A DNA stretch of 64,000 nucleotides. It comes from an uncultured Gammaproteobacteria bacterium. GTDB lineage: Bacteria > Pseudomonadota > Gammaproteobacteria > Steroidobacterales > Steroidobacteraceae. The notes beneath the pieces were generated by a model, which was given only the letters and a program-made list of their open reading frames with translations, had not been told where the DNA came from and ran no database searches. Position 1 is the stretch's first letter. Each line of letters starts with the position of its first letter. The DNA is taken from assembly GCA_963801685.1 (NCBI GenBank), contig CAWDFR010000010.1:104375-168374 (forward strand). The letters run 5' to 3'. Positions 40,382-54,996 of this stretch are shown here, piece by piece. The position numbers were made by a program, and so were the translations under genes.

Positions 40382-41312
40382 ATGTCGTGGTCGGGCGCGT
40401 TCGTGCTGCTGGTCATCGGCATGGCGCTGTCGTTCGTGTACTGGTACACCGATCAGAAGGACAAGCGCACCTACCAGCGCTACGAGATCTACTACGACGG
40501 CACGGTGAGCGGCCTCACGGCGGGCAGCCCGGTGCGCTATCTCGGCGTCGACGTCGGCAAGGTGGCGCGCATCATGCTCGAGCCGAAGAACCGCAGCGCC
40601 AGCGGGTCGAGGTGATCGCCGACATCGATGAGACGGCGCCGATCGATACGCGCACGCTCGCGTTGCTGAGCCTGCAGGGCGTGACGGGACTGTTGTTCAT
40701 CGATCTCGAGGAGGATCCGAAGGCGACCAGCAATCGGGACCCCTGCCGAGGGCGAGCACTATCCCGGTGATCCGCTCCGCGCCGTCCGACCTGCGACGTG
40801 CTGCTTGCGCAGCCTCCCGGCGCTCGCGAACCACGCCATCGATCTCGTCGACCACATGGACCAGGTGTTCAGCGACGAGAACGTCAAGAACTTCAAGGCC
40901 ACGCTTGCAGAATGCGCGGCTGGCGAGCGACACGCGCGCCGGGCTTGCTGCACGAGATCGAGCGATCTGGTCGCGATCTGCAGCACACCTCGCACGACGT
41001 GGACAGCGCCGCCGCGGATTTGCGCACGCGTGACCAATGATTCCGCTCCGGACCTGAAGGCACGCTCGCCAACCTCAGGCGTTTCAGCGACAGCCTCGCG
41101 AGCACCTCGGATCGCCTGAATGAGTTCGTCACGCAAAACGAGCCGGCGCTCTCGCGCTTCACCGGTCAAGGGTTGCCGGAGCTCGAGCGGCTGCTGCACG
41201 AGAGCCGCGAGGCGGTGCGCGACATCCGCGATCTGTCGCGCTCGCTGAAGCAGAATCCCGGCGAGCTGCTTGTACGAATCGAACTACTCACGGCGTCGAG
41301 TTGCCGCGATGA
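40382..41312 (+). CDS. MlaD/MCE-family substrate-binding protein, frame broken several times
   Basis: An N-terminal TM helix is followed by YEIYYDGTVSGLTAGSPVRYLGVDVGKVARI and LSLQGVTGLLFIDLE. The stop overlaps the next ATG (ATGA at 41309-41312). Confidence 0.7.
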
Positions 41313-41948
41313 GAACCTCCTCGCCGCCCTGCTCTCGAGCGCCGTCCTCGCCGGCGTTGCGGCGCCTGCACCGGCTCGTTCTTCAAGCAGCAACGCGCCC
41401 GCCGACGACGACTTACCAGCTGTCGGTCGCGCCGACGCGCCGGCGGCGCCGTCCGATCGCGGCCGACCTCACCGTGCTCACTCCGCGCGTGCGCAGCGGC
41501 CTCGACAACGATCGCATCGCTGCGCTCTATCCGGACCGGCGCCTCGATTACTTCGCCGCCGCGCGCTGGAGCGGTCCGCTCGATGAGGTCGCTGCAGGAT
41601 CTGACGCTGCAGGCGTTCCGGGGACGGCCGCTCTGCGCAACGTCGACACCGACACGTCCGCCTTCGCGGGCGGCTACTGGCTCGAGCTCGACGTCGTCGA
41701 CTTCCAGGCCGAGTACACCGGCGTACGGCCGGCGGCGGCGGCGCCGACGGTGCACGTGCATCTGCTCGCCCGGATCGGCAACGCGGACGATCGGCACGTG
41801 CTCGGCCAGGTCGACGCGGATACGCGGCAGCGCGGCCGCAGAGCAACCGGCTGACGGCGGTCGTCGAGGCCTATAACGAGGCCGCGGACCAGAGCGCTCG
41901 CCAAGATCGTCGCCGCAACCGACCGAGACGCTGCGCCGGACTGCCTAG
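41309..41948 (+). CDS. ABC-transport auxiliary lipoprotein (DUF330, PqiC/YmbA-like), frame broken
   Basis: It has a lipoprotein-like leader (LLAALLSSAVLAG plus Cys in an adjacent frame). Conserved parts read YQLSV, LDNDRIAALYPDRRLDYFAAARWSGPLDEV and YWLELDVVDFQAEY. Confidence 0.55.
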
Positions 41949-43258
41949 AACGCCGCGTTAGTACGCCGCCAGCGCACCGCTCCCATGAGCCGGTACCGCC
42001 AGTAGTCGGCCTGCGAGTCGTCGGCATACCGAGCGTAGGAGCGGCGGCTCGCCCATGCTCTGCGGCGAAATGGCTCTCGAGAGCGCGCGGGCCGCGGCGG
42101 CCGCTCCGGCAGGCGCAGCTCGACGGCGGACTCGAGATTCGACATCGTCCAAGCGCGGACGCGTGAAGTCGGCGGCGCCCACGCTCGGCCCAGAGCTCGC
42201 CGCGGCGTGCGACGAAGGCGAGGGAGCGCCGTCGCGAGCGCCGGCCGCACCCGCCAGCGCAGCTCGATGTGGCCGGACTGCCGCGCGCTCGAGCTCCGCG
42301 CCACGGCGCTGTTCGGCGCCGCTTCCGGATCGAGCAGCACGCGCACGTGCGCGCCGCGCTCGGCCGCGCGCGAGCAGCGCGCCGATCACGCGCCGCTCGC
42401 TCAAGCGCGGCGCGCCAAGCTCGACCTCGTCGCCCGCCGCCGCGGCGCCCGAGCGCATCGAGCATGCGCGCCGCGAATCGCTCCTTCGGTGAGGAACCGC
42501 GCATCGATGGAGCCGGGACCGCCCGCGGCGGCTGCGCGGCGGCGCGGGCAGCCGGTCGTCGCCGCTCGACCAGGCGGCGATCTCGAGCTCGCTCGCGGCG
42601 ATGTCGCGCGCGAGGTCGCCCGTGATCTGCACGGCGAGATCCGCATCCGCGGCTGCCGACAAAAGGCTCACCCAGCCGCCGGCGCCGTCGTCGGCGACGA
42701 GCAGCCGACGCTGATCCGCCTTGCGAGTTGCGATCGCGCGCAGCAACGCGCGCAGGCCCGGCTCGCCGGGGTGCTCGTCGAACGGGTCGCTCCACCACCC
42801 GACGGTGAGGCGCCAGAGCGCCGAGTAGAGCGGAATGGAGTCGCGCAATCGATCGAGCCGCACGCGCGCGACGATCACGCCGGCCCGCTCGAGGGACTCG
42901 AGGTACTCGACCGGCGTGCCGCCATAGGCCTCGCTGCGCGGATCGGACACCAGCACGATCTTGATGTTCGGCCGCTTGGTCCGCTGCAGGAGCAGCCCGT
43001 CGACCCACGGCGCGCGAGAGCGGCGCTGCGTCGAGCACGATCAGCTGCGCTGGCGCGATCGATGGCGGCGAGCTCGCGGGCCTCGAGGATCGTCGTCCGG
43101 CGGCCGACACGGCACGATTTGCACCTGCGACTCGGCGAGGCGCGTCGCGAAGCGAGACCACGTGAGTCCCGCGCGGCAGCGGCTTGACCGCGTTCCAGGC
43201 CGCGACCGCCGACCCAGGCGAGGACGGCGATCAGCAGCAAAGTTCGGCCGCGCGGCAT
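41945..43258 (-). CDS. Phospholipase-D-superfamily-like protein with an N-terminal anchor, frame broken many times
   Basis: MPRGRTLLLIAVLAWVGG starts the protein. It continues VLVSDPRSEAYGGTPVEYLESLERAGVIVARVRLDRLRDSIPLYSALWRL and ends ADYWRYRLMG. The family assignment is tentative. Confidence 0.4.
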
Positions 43259-45829
43259 CTAGCGCGCGGCGGCCGCGCTGCGGCGCGCTCGAGACCGATG
43301 CATCAGTGATGACACTTGACGCTGGCGGCGGGCGCGCACAGCGCCGCGTGATGAGGTGCCGCCGGCCGCCTGGCTGGCGAGAATCGCGAGCAGCCGCTCG
43401 GCCTCCATCGGCTCGCCGAACAACCGACCCTGTGCGTAGAAGCAGCCGTGCTTGCGCAGGAATTCCAGCTGCTCGTGGTTTCGACGCCCTCGGCGATGAC
43501 CTCGAGCTCGAGACTCTTGCCCATGTCGATGATGGTGCGCACGAGCGCGGCGTCGTTGGAGTCCACCGCCAAGTCGCGCACGAACGACTGATCGATCTTC
43601 AAGCGTGCCGATGGGAAACTGCTGCAGACGCAGAAAGCGACGAGTAGCCGGTGCCGAAGTCATCGATGGCGAGGTGCAGGCCCATCGCGTAGAGCTCGTT
43701 CAGCAGGCCGATGGTGCGCTTCGGGTCCGTCATGAGGGTCGTCTCGGTGACCTCGAGCTCGAAGCAGGTCGGGCGACACGCCGTGCTTGCGGAAGACGTT
43801 GCGGCATCGCGCGATGAAGCTCGACTGCTTGAGCTGACGCAGCGAGAGGTTCATGGCGATGCGGCCCGGCTGCGCGAACGGTGTTCTGCCAGCTGCCTGT
43901 AATCCGAGCACACGCGGTTGAGCACCCACTCGCCGATGTCCAGGATGAGGCTGGTCTCCTCGGCGAGCGGTATGAACTGCGACGGCGAGATATCGCCGTG
44001 CCCCGGCAGCCGCCAGCGCAGCAGCGCCTCGGCGCCGACCACGCGCCCGTCGCGCAAGTCCACCTTGGACTGGTACAGGATCACGAGCTCGTCGCGCTCG
44101 AGCGCGCGGCGCAGCTTGCTCTTCAGCATGAGCCGCTCGACCGCCGCCGCGTTCATGTGCGGCACGTAGAACGTCCAGGTGTTGCCGCCGTTCTGCTTGG
44201 AGTGATACATCGCGGCGTCGGCGTTGCGGATCAGGTCGATCATGTTCTCGGCATCGTACGGGCAGATGGCGATGCCGACGCTCGCGGTGAGGTAGACCTC
44301 CTGCTGGTTCACGTAGAACGCGCGGCTGATCTCATCGAGCAGCGTGCGCGCGAGCGCGCCCAGACTCGGACGATTGTCGAGGTCCGCGGGCAGGTCGTCG
44401 ACGAACATCGCGAATTCATCGCCCGCCAGCCGGCCGATGACGGTGTCCTTGCTCAGCACGCGGGTGAGCCGTTCGCTCAGGATCTCGAGCGTGCGGTCGC
44501 CGGCCGAGTGACCGAAGGTGTCGTTGACGTCCTTGAAGCGGTCGAGGTCCAGATAGAGGAGCGCGAGCGAGCGCTGATTGCGGCGCGACCGCGCGATCGC
44601 CTGCTGCAGCAGGTGCTGAAACTGCATGCGATTCGGCATCTTGGTCAGCGTGTCGTAGCGCGCCAGATAGCGGATGCGCCGCTCGGCGCGCTTGCGCTCG
44701 GTGATGTTGCGCGCGACGTAGATGTCGCCCTGGAACTGCGGGTCGGGAGAGGTGATGGTCGAGGATGCCATGGACACCGGGATGGTCTGCCGGCTCGCGG
44801 TGCGCAGCACCGTCTCGCGCGCCTCGGGCGCCGCGCCTCCCAGATCGAAGGCGCTGCGGTGCGCCTCGTCGATGAAGCCGAGAGCGACTTGCCCACGAGG
44901 TCCGCCTCGCAGTAGCCGAGCAGGCGCTGCGTCGCCTCGTTGCAGCTCTTGATGAGGCCGTCCGGCGAGGTCACGATCACCGAGTCGCTCAGGCTGTTGA
45001 GCACCGTGTCGAGGTAGTTCTTGGTGATCGTCGTCTCGCTCAATTTCTGCCGCATGCGCTCGAGCGCGTGCTGCAGCTCGCCGAGCTCGTCGCGGCGCGC
45101 GACGTCGAACGGACGGGTGTAGTCGCCTTCGCCGATCCGGTCGGCGGAACGGATAAGCGCCGAGATCGGCCTCGCGCCAGCGGCGCGTGAAGAACCAGGC
45201 CCCGATCAGCACCGAGCACGATCAGCGGCAGCGTCACGCGCGCGAGCATGGCGCGCATGCGCTTGAGCTGGCTGCCTTGCTGGATGCTCGAGCTGCGCGC
45301 CGATGCTCGCGAGCGTCGCCTGCATCTGCGCCCGGCTCACCCAGATCTTGAGCGTGCCGGCGCGTTGTGCCGGCGCCGCAATACCCGGCGGGATGCTGTT
45401 GGTGACGACCAGCGGATCGCAGCGTCGCCTGCGCAAGGCGGCATCGTTGCGCGTCGGCTCGCTCTGGGGACTGCTGCCGCTGAACACCACCACGCCGCGC
45501 GCATCGGTGACCTCGACGCGCTCGATGTCGTGCTCCTCGAGCAGCCGTCCGGCGATCGAGGCGATGGCCGCCGTGTTGTGCGCGGCAAAGGCGGAGGCGA
45601 GCAGCGCGCCGGTCACATTGCCCACGCTGTTGCCGCGCGCCTCGAGATCGCCCTCGAGCTTCTGCTCGACCGTCGCGTAGGTGAGCCGGGCGATGTCGGC
45701 GCTGTCGATCCGGTGCTCGTAGTAGGCGAAACCCCCGAGCAGCAGCGAGAGCCCGGCGCCCACCCCCAGGGCGAGCAGTAAATACTTGGTTTTGAGGCTC
45801 TGCGCCATTGAGGGATGATACTCGTTCAC
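43259..45829 (-). CDS. Membrane sensor HAMP-PAS-GGDEF-EAL protein, frame broken many times
   Basis: A TM segment and periplasmic part come first, then a PAS block ([29 protein letters not shown]). The GGDEF part reads [10 protein letters not shown]...[11 protein letters not shown]. The EAL part reads [33 protein letters not shown]. The stop abuts the PLD-like gene start. Confidence 0.8.
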
Positions 45830-45867
45830 ACCAAACCCTATAAGGGGCCGGGTACAATCGGGACCGC

Positions 45868-46530
45868 ATGGGCACGCAGTTTCGCATCGATATTTTCCGG
45901 ATACGGTTTGCCCGTGGTGCTACCTCGGCAAGCGGCGTTTCGAGCTCGCCCTGGCGGCGCGGCCTCATTACGAGCCCTTGATCAACTTGCGACCCTTCGA
46001 GCTGAATCCGGATCTGCCCTGGGACGGCGTCGAGCGCGCCGGCTATCTCGCGTCCAAATTCGGCGATTCGACGCAGATCGCGGACGCACAGGCCGCGCTG
46101 GTGCGCCACGGCTAGGCGGTCGGCCTGCAGTTTCGCTTCGATCTGATCGAGCGCTTGCCGAATACGCGGCGCTCCCACTTGCTGATCGCGCACGCGGGGC
46201 GCAACAACCTGGCCGGCGAGGTCATGGAGCGCGTCATGCAGGCTTACTTCGAGGAGGGCCGCAATATCGGCGACATCGAGGAGCTGGTGCGCCTCGGCGT
46301 CGAGGCCGGCCTGTCGGAGCGCGAGAGCCCGCGCCGCGGTGGTGCTGCGCGAAGGGCAGGACGGCATCGTCGCCGCCGAGCGGCACGCGACGGTGCTCGG
46401 CATCACCGGAGTGCCCGCCTTCATTTTCGACCGGCAGTACTCGGTGTCGGGCGCGCAGGAGGTCGAGACCTTCGTGCACGTCATCGATCAGGTCGTGGAG
46501 CTCGCCGCCGGCCGCGAATTCGCCTCGTGA
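45868..46530 (+). CDS. DsbA-family (FrnE-like) thiol oxidoreductase, frame broken, plus one in-frame TAG
   Basis: It reads MGTQFRIDIF.DTVCPWCYLGKRRFE, RSHLLIAHAGRNNL, MQAYFEEGRNIGD and GITGVPAFIFDRQYSVSGAQ. A TAG at 46113-46115 interrupts the conserved frame. Confidence 0.7.
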
Positions 46531-47216
46531 CGCCGGCCGAGCTCACCGGCCGCGCCCGCAGCCACATCGAGGACTCGACGGATCCGCCGTGCGCGCTGCA
46601 CGCGCAGGTGATCACACCGTTCTTGAGATTGCGCCGCGCCGCTGCGCAGGCGGGATTCGATCTCGTTCCGCAGAGCGCCTTTCGCGATTTCGACCGCCAG
46701 CTCACGATCTGGAACGCGAAGTTCAACGGCGAGGCGACCGCTCAACGATGCGTCGGGCCGCCCCGTCGCGGCGCTGGCGCTGCCGCCTGCGGAGCGCATC
46801 GATGCGATCTTGCGTGTGGTCGGCGCTGCCGGGCGCGAGCCGCCATCACTGGGGCACCGATCTCGATCTCATCGATCGCGCGGCCATCCCGCCCGGATAT
46901 CGCGTGCAGCTCATCGCGCGACGAGTACGCCCCGCTCGGGCCCTTCGGGCCGCTCGACCGCGTGGCTCGAGGCGAATGCCGCCCGCTTCGGATTCTTCCG
47001 GCCGTTTCGCGGCGTGCTTTCGGGGGTTCAGCCGGAGCCGTGGCACTTCAGTTTCGCGCCGCTCGCGGAGCCTGCGCGGCGGCGCTTGCGTGTCGCGGAG
47101 CTTGCGCGATGCATTGCGCGATGCGCCGCTCGCGGGCAAGGACTCCGTGCTCGAGCGTCTCGAGGAGCTGCACGGCGCGTCTATCGTCGCGGGCGCATCG
47201 ATTGCCGCCGGCTTAG
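46527..47216 (+). CDS. Peptidase M15 (VanY/LdcB-like D,D- or L,D-carboxypeptidase), frame broken
   Basis: It reads SAFRDFDRQLTIWNAKF, SRHHWGTDLDL (SxHxxGxAxD-like) and ARFGFFRPF....GVQPEPWHFS. The GTG start overlaps the upstream stop (GTGA). Confidence 0.6.
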   Translation: MTPAELTGRARSHIEDSTDPPCALHAQVITPFLRLRRAAAQAGFDLVPQSAFRDFDRQLTIWNAKFNGEATAQRCVGPPRRGAGAAACGAHRCDLACGRRCRARAAITGAPISISSIARPSRPDIACSSSRDEYAPLGPFGPLDRVARGECRPLRILPAVSRRAFGGSAGAVALQFRAARGACAAALACRGACAMHCAMRRSRARTPCSSVSRSCTARLSSRAHRLPPA

Positions 47217-48204
47217 GCCCACATCGTCTTGAGGCGATTCACCATCAGGCCGCGCACCAGCCCGAGCTCGGCGCCGGGGGTGAACAGGGGCGGATTTCGC
47301 CGCAGCATTCGCCATCGCTCGGCGCGCAGGATGCGTTGCAGATAATCCACGTTGCGATCGATGGCTTCGAGATAGGGATTCTTGCCGCCGAACAGCGGCT
47401 CGACGTACCGGTAGGCCTGCTCGAACTCGCCGTCGAGGCGGCTGCGTGCGGGTCTCGCGCACGAACCCCGGCGTCTGGCGCAGAAGGTCGAGTCCGGAGC
47501 TGTAGCGCACCTGCATGGTGCCGTCGCTCGCGGGCGCCGCGGCGATGCCGCCGAGCACGAATTCCGGGTAGAGCCGGTCGCGGCACTTCTCCAGGTAGCA
47601 GCGGTCCGCCATCTGCGCGATGAGGTCCGCGGTGCCGAGGAGGTGTCCGCACTTGCGGTCGCGGCTGTCGGCCAACTGGATCTGGCTCAGCTTGATCTCG
47701 TAGCCGGTGAAATGAACGATGCGGGTCGACACCGGCACCCAGCTTCCATGCCGATGGTCGGCAGAAGCGCGCGAGGAAGTGGGCGCTGCGCGTCACGTGA
47801 TAGAGAGTGAACTCGGCGCCGTTGCGGTGCACCCGGTCGTCGAATTCGCGGATGTAGCCCGCGTCGTGAAACAGCGAGGTGACCAGCGCCATGATCGCCC
47901 GCTCCGCGCCGAAGCGTTGCGGCCCGTCGATCGTGAGCTCGTACCCGACCAGGAGGCGCGCCATGGCGAGCGTCATGTCGAGTGAATGCTGCCGATCGTG
48001 ATAGATGGTGTCGACGCCGTGATAGCCGGGCATGCGACCGGAGAACAGGCGCTCGAACTCCTCGAACGCGACCGCGACGCGGTCGAAGGGCTCGCCGGGC
48101 CAGGCGGTTGCGAACAGTTCGCGCACCGCGTGGGCCACCGCCGGCGTGGCGCTGACTTGAACGGAATTCGTAACGTCGAAGTCGTTACGGCGTAGCTCGT
48201 ACAT
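47213..48204 (-). CDS. HD-domain protein, frame broken about twice
   Basis: It reads GVDTIYHDRQHSLDMTLAMARLL, LVTSLFHDAGYI and GHLLGTADLIAQMADRCYLEK. Confidence 0.55.
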
Positions 48205-48267
48205 CGCGGAAGTTTAAGCCCGTCAGCCCTCCGCCGCCATGTACGTAGTTCTCATCTCCGGCATATG

Positions 48268-48882
48268 TCAAAGGTCGCTCAAGTAAACTTTCAGACCGCC
48301 GAACTTGCGCCGCACGCGCCGCGCCAGCGTGACGTATCCCCCCCAGAATCCGAGCGCAGCGGCCGCCATGGCGATGCCGAGCCAGAGGCCCGCGCCGCGC
48401 GTGTGCGGTCGTGCGGGTGGTGCGGCGCCGGCCCCGGGCACGCGGGTCGCGAGCGCCGCATCCAGCTCGGCCTCCTGTCGAGCTGCGCCTGCTTGTCCGC
48501 GAGCTCGTGCTCGCGACGTTCCAGCTCGCTCTTGGCCGCGGCTTCGGCCAGCGCCGGCGTCGTCGCGCGGCTGCGGTCGAGCTCCTCCTCGAGCTGTTTG
48601 ACACGGACCGCCGCGGGCTCGTCGGTCGTGAGATAGGAGCTCTTCACCCAGCCGGTGGTGCCGTCCGGCAGACGCACCTGGGTGAAATCGCCGCTGGTGG
48701 CGAGCGTCTCCACGCGCGCGCCGGAGTGCAGCGTCGCGAGCCGCTGGCCTTGCTGATTCTGCTCGGTGTAGACGTTGAGCACGAGCTGGTCGCTCACGTA
48801 GGCGGTTGCGGCCCGGACCCGTGGAGACGACAAACACGAGCGACGCGGCGGCCAGGACGAGGGCCGGCGCGGCGCCGCGCAT
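48268..48882 (-). CDS. SH3-domain / coiled-coil / C-terminal TM protein (YgiM-like), frame broken
   Basis: A signal peptide is followed by AYVSDQLVLNVYTEQNQQGQRLATLHSGARVETLATSGDFTQVRLPDGTTGWV, a coiled-coil segment, and the terminal helix GLWLGIAMAAAALGFWGGY. Confidence 0.6.
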   Translation of the reverse strand: MRGAAPALVLAAASLVFVVSTGPGRNRLRERPARAQRLHRAESARPAARDAALRRARGDARHQRRFHPGASAGRHHRLGEELLSHDRRARGGPCQTARGGARPQPRDDAGAGRSRGQERAGTSRARARGQAGAARQEAELDAALATRVPGAGAAPPARPHTRGAGLWLGIAMAAAALGFWGGYVTLARRVRRKFGGLKVYLSDL

Positions 48883-50922
48883 CACGCGGCGATACCGGTT
48901 TGCTTGAGCAGCGGCCGCACGTCGGGCTGGCGGCCGCGAAAGCGCACGAACGCATCCATCGCATCCAGGCTCCCGCCGCGCGCCAGGATCGAGTCGAGGA
49001 ATCGCGCGGCCGTGGCAGGGTCGAACACGCCGGCCTGCTCGAACGCCTCGAATGCGTCGGCGGCGAGCACCTCGGCCCACTTGTAGCTGTAGTAGCCCGC
49101 GGCGTAGCCGCCGGCGAAGATGTGCGAGAAGCTCGCCGGCATGCGATTGAACGGCGCCGCCGGCGCGACCGCCACCCGCCGCCGCACGTCCTCGAGAGTC
49201 TGCGCCACCTGCGCGCCGAGGCGCGGGTCGAAGCTCGCGTGCAGCTCGAAATCGAAGCTCGCGAGCTCGATCTGCCGCAGGGTGTCGAGCGCCGCGTTGA
49301 AGGTGCGGGTGCCGAGCAGACGCTTCAGCATGTCAGCGCCCAGCGGCTCGCCGGTCACCACGTGCGCCGATATGAGCGGCAGCACCTCGGCGCGCCAGAC
49401 GAAGTTCTCCATGAACTGACTCGGCAGCTCGACCGCGTCCCAGGCGACTCCGTTGATGCCCGCGATGCTCGGGTAGGGCACGCGCGTGAGCATGTGGTGC
49501 AGACCGTGGCCGAACTCGTGGAACAGCGTGGTCACCTCGTCGTGCGTGAGGAGCGAGGGCGCCGCAGCCGACCGGCGCCGTGAAGTTGCACACCAGCTGC
49601 GCGACGGGCAGGGCATTGCCGGAGGGGAGCGATTTGGCGACGACGCATTCGTCCATCCACGCGCCGCTGCGCTTCTCGGCGCGCGAATAGGGATCCAGGT
49701 AGAACCCGGCGAGGATTCGCCCGTCGCGATCCGCGAGATCGTAGTAGCGCACGGTCGGATGCCAGACGGCCACGCCGGGCCGCTCGCGCACCGTGATGCC
49801 GTACAGCCGCTCGGTGACCGTGAACAGGCCGGAGAGCACTTTGGGCAGCGGAAAGTAGGGGCGCAGCGCCTCCTGCGACACCCTGAAGCGGCTCTCCTGC
49901 AGGCGCTCGCTGAAGTAGGCGAGGTCCCAGGCCTCGAGCTTGCGGCCGGCGAACTCCTCGAGCTCGGCGAACTCGCGGCGCGCCGCCGGGCGGCAGCGCC
50001 GCGCCAGATCGTCGAGGAAACCGAGCACCTGCTTGCCGCTCTTCGCCATGCGCGTGGCGAGCGCGTAGTCGGCGAAGGTCGCAAAGCCCAGCAGCAGCGC
50101 GAGCTCGTGTCGCAGCGGCAGGATCTCGGCAATGATCGGGTTGTTGTCGAAGCGGCCGGCGCTCGGGCCGAGCTCGGAGGCGCGCGTGACCCAGGCCTCG
50201 TAGATGTCGCGCCGCAACCGCTCGCTCTCGTGCGCTGGTCATGACGGTCATGTAGGTCGGCTGATCGAGCTTGAACAGCCAGCCGCTGCGTCCCGACTCA
50301 CGCGCGCTTTGCGCCGCGCGATCGACCGCGTTCGCCGGCAAGCCCGGCGAGCTCGGCCTCGTCGGTGACGTGCCGGGTGATAGGCGCGCGCGGCATCGAG
50401 CACGTTCTCGGAGAACTTGGTCGCAAGCTGCGCGAGCCGCTGCACCACCTCGCGGTAGCGCGTCTTGCGATCGGGCGGCAGATCGACGCCGGCGAGACGA
50501 AAATCACGCAGCGAGTTCTCGAGCAACTTGCGCTGTGCCGGGTCGAGGCTGGCGCCCTCGGTCTCGCTGCACGTGCGCGTAGCGCCGCGTACAGCGCCGC
50601 GTTCTGGCCGAGCTCCGAGGAGTAGGCGGTGAGCAGCGGCACGCATTCGTTGTAGGCCTCGCGCATCGCCTCGGAGTTGGCCACGGCGTTCAAGTGGCCG
50701 ATCGGACTCCACACGCGGCTCAAGCGGTAGCTGAGCTCCTCGACGGGAACCACCAGCGAGGCGAACGTCGGCTGCCGGCTGCGCCGTCAGCTCGGCGAGC
50801 CGCGCGCGATTATCGGCAAGCACCCGCTCGAGCGCGGGCCGCGCGTGGGCCGCCGCGATGCGGTCGAAGGCGGGCAGGGCGTCGATCTCGAGCAGGGGAT
50901 TTTCCATGGGTTCGGTTGCCAC
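48882..50922 (-). CDS. prlC: Oligopeptidase A (peptidase M3), frame broken many times
   Basis: [16 protein letters not shown] lies at the N-terminus. The zinc motif reads [36 protein letters not shown] is present, and pieces lie in all three phases. Confidence 0.85.
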
Positions 50923-51051
50923 CGTCAGAATTCTAGCAGAGCCGCCGCACCGCGCGGTCGATGGCGGCCCGACGCCATGCCGCAGGAAGGGCGGCGCCTC
51001 AACGGGTATATCATTGCTGCATTGGGTTCTCGTGTCGCGACGGAGTTCACT

Positions 51052-52417
51052 GTGTCCAGCGATGTCTTCGATCTCATCAGCATCGGCGGCGGCAGCGGCG
51101 GCCTCGCCTGCGCGCAGCGCGCGGCCGAGTACGGCGCCAAGACCGCGGTGATCGAATCGGGACGGCTCGGCGGCACCTGCGTGAACGTCGGCTGCGTTCC
51201 GAAGAAGGTGATGTGGAACGCGGCGGGCATCGCGGCGGCCCTCGCGGACGCCGGCGACTACGGCTTCGCGATCGGCACGGCCGCCGAGGCGGGCGGCAAC
51301 GACTGGTCGGCCCTGAAGAAGAAGCGCGATGCCTACGTCGCGCGCCTCAACGGCGATCTACGCGCGCAACCTGGCGGCGAAGGGCGTCGCGTACATCGCG
51401 GGCCGGGCGAAGTTTCTGGACGCGCACACGGTGGAGGTGAACGGCGCGCGGCTCACGCGCGGCGCACGTGGTGATCGCCACCGGCGGATATCCGGATGTG
51501 CCGCGAGTGCCGGGCGCCGAGCTCGGCATCACCTCCGACGGCTTCTTCGAGCTCGAGGCCCGCCCGCAGCGCGTGGCGGTGGTCGGCAGCGGCTACGTCG
51601 CCTGCGAGCTGGCGTCGGCGTTCCAGGCGCTCGGCAGCGAGGCCGAGCTGTTCATCCGCAAGGATCACTTGCTGACGCACTTCGATGTGATGCTCGGCAA
51701 ATCGCTGATGCGCGAGATGCTCGCCGAGGGACTCGCCATCCACACGCGCGTCGTGCCGGGCGCGCTGCTCGAGCAGTCTGGACGCAAGACCCTGGTGGCG
51801 GCCGACGGACGCGAGTTCCCGGGATACGACTGCGTGCTCTGGGCGATCGGCCGCTCGGCGAACGTCGCGGGCCTCGATCTGCGCGCCGCGGGCGTCGCGC
51901 TCGACGCGGACGGCTTCGTGGCGACCGATGCATTTCCAGAACACCAACGTCGAGGGCGTGTACGCGATCGGCGATGTGACCGGCCGCGCCCAGCTCACGC
52001 CCGTGGCGATCGCGGCCGGGCAGGCGGCTCAGCGACCGGCTGTTCGGCGGCAAGCGCGACCGGCATCTCTCCTACGACTTGATCCCGACCGTGGTGTTCA
52101 CCCACCCGCCCATCGGCACGGTGGGCTTGAGCGAGAGCGAGGCGCGCGCGCAGTTCGGCGATGCGGTCAAGGTGTACGTCGCGGACTTCACGCCGATGTA
52201 TCACGCGCTCACGACGCGCAAGACCCACACCGACATGAAGCTGGTGTGCGTCGGCCCGGAGGAGAAGATCGTCGGCTGCCACATCATCGGCGCGGGCGCC
52301 GACGAGATGCTGCAGGGATTCGCGGTGGCGATTCGCATGGGCGCGACCAAGCGCGATTTCGACGACACGGTGGCCATCCATCCGACCAGCGCCGAGGAGC
52401 TCGTCACCATGCGTTGA
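51052..52417 (+). CDS. gor: Glutathione-disulfide reductase, frame broken four times
   Basis: It reads [93 protein letters not shown] and [14 protein letters not shown]. The frames run 1, 2, 0, 1, 2, with +1 changes near 51354, 51460, 51928 and 52020. Confidence 0.85.
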
Positions 52418-52455
52418 AGCGGCCGGGCGGGGAGCTGCGCACGGCGAGGGGCGCG

Positions 52456-54992
<2,537 letters not shown>

Positions 54993-54996
<4 letters not shown>

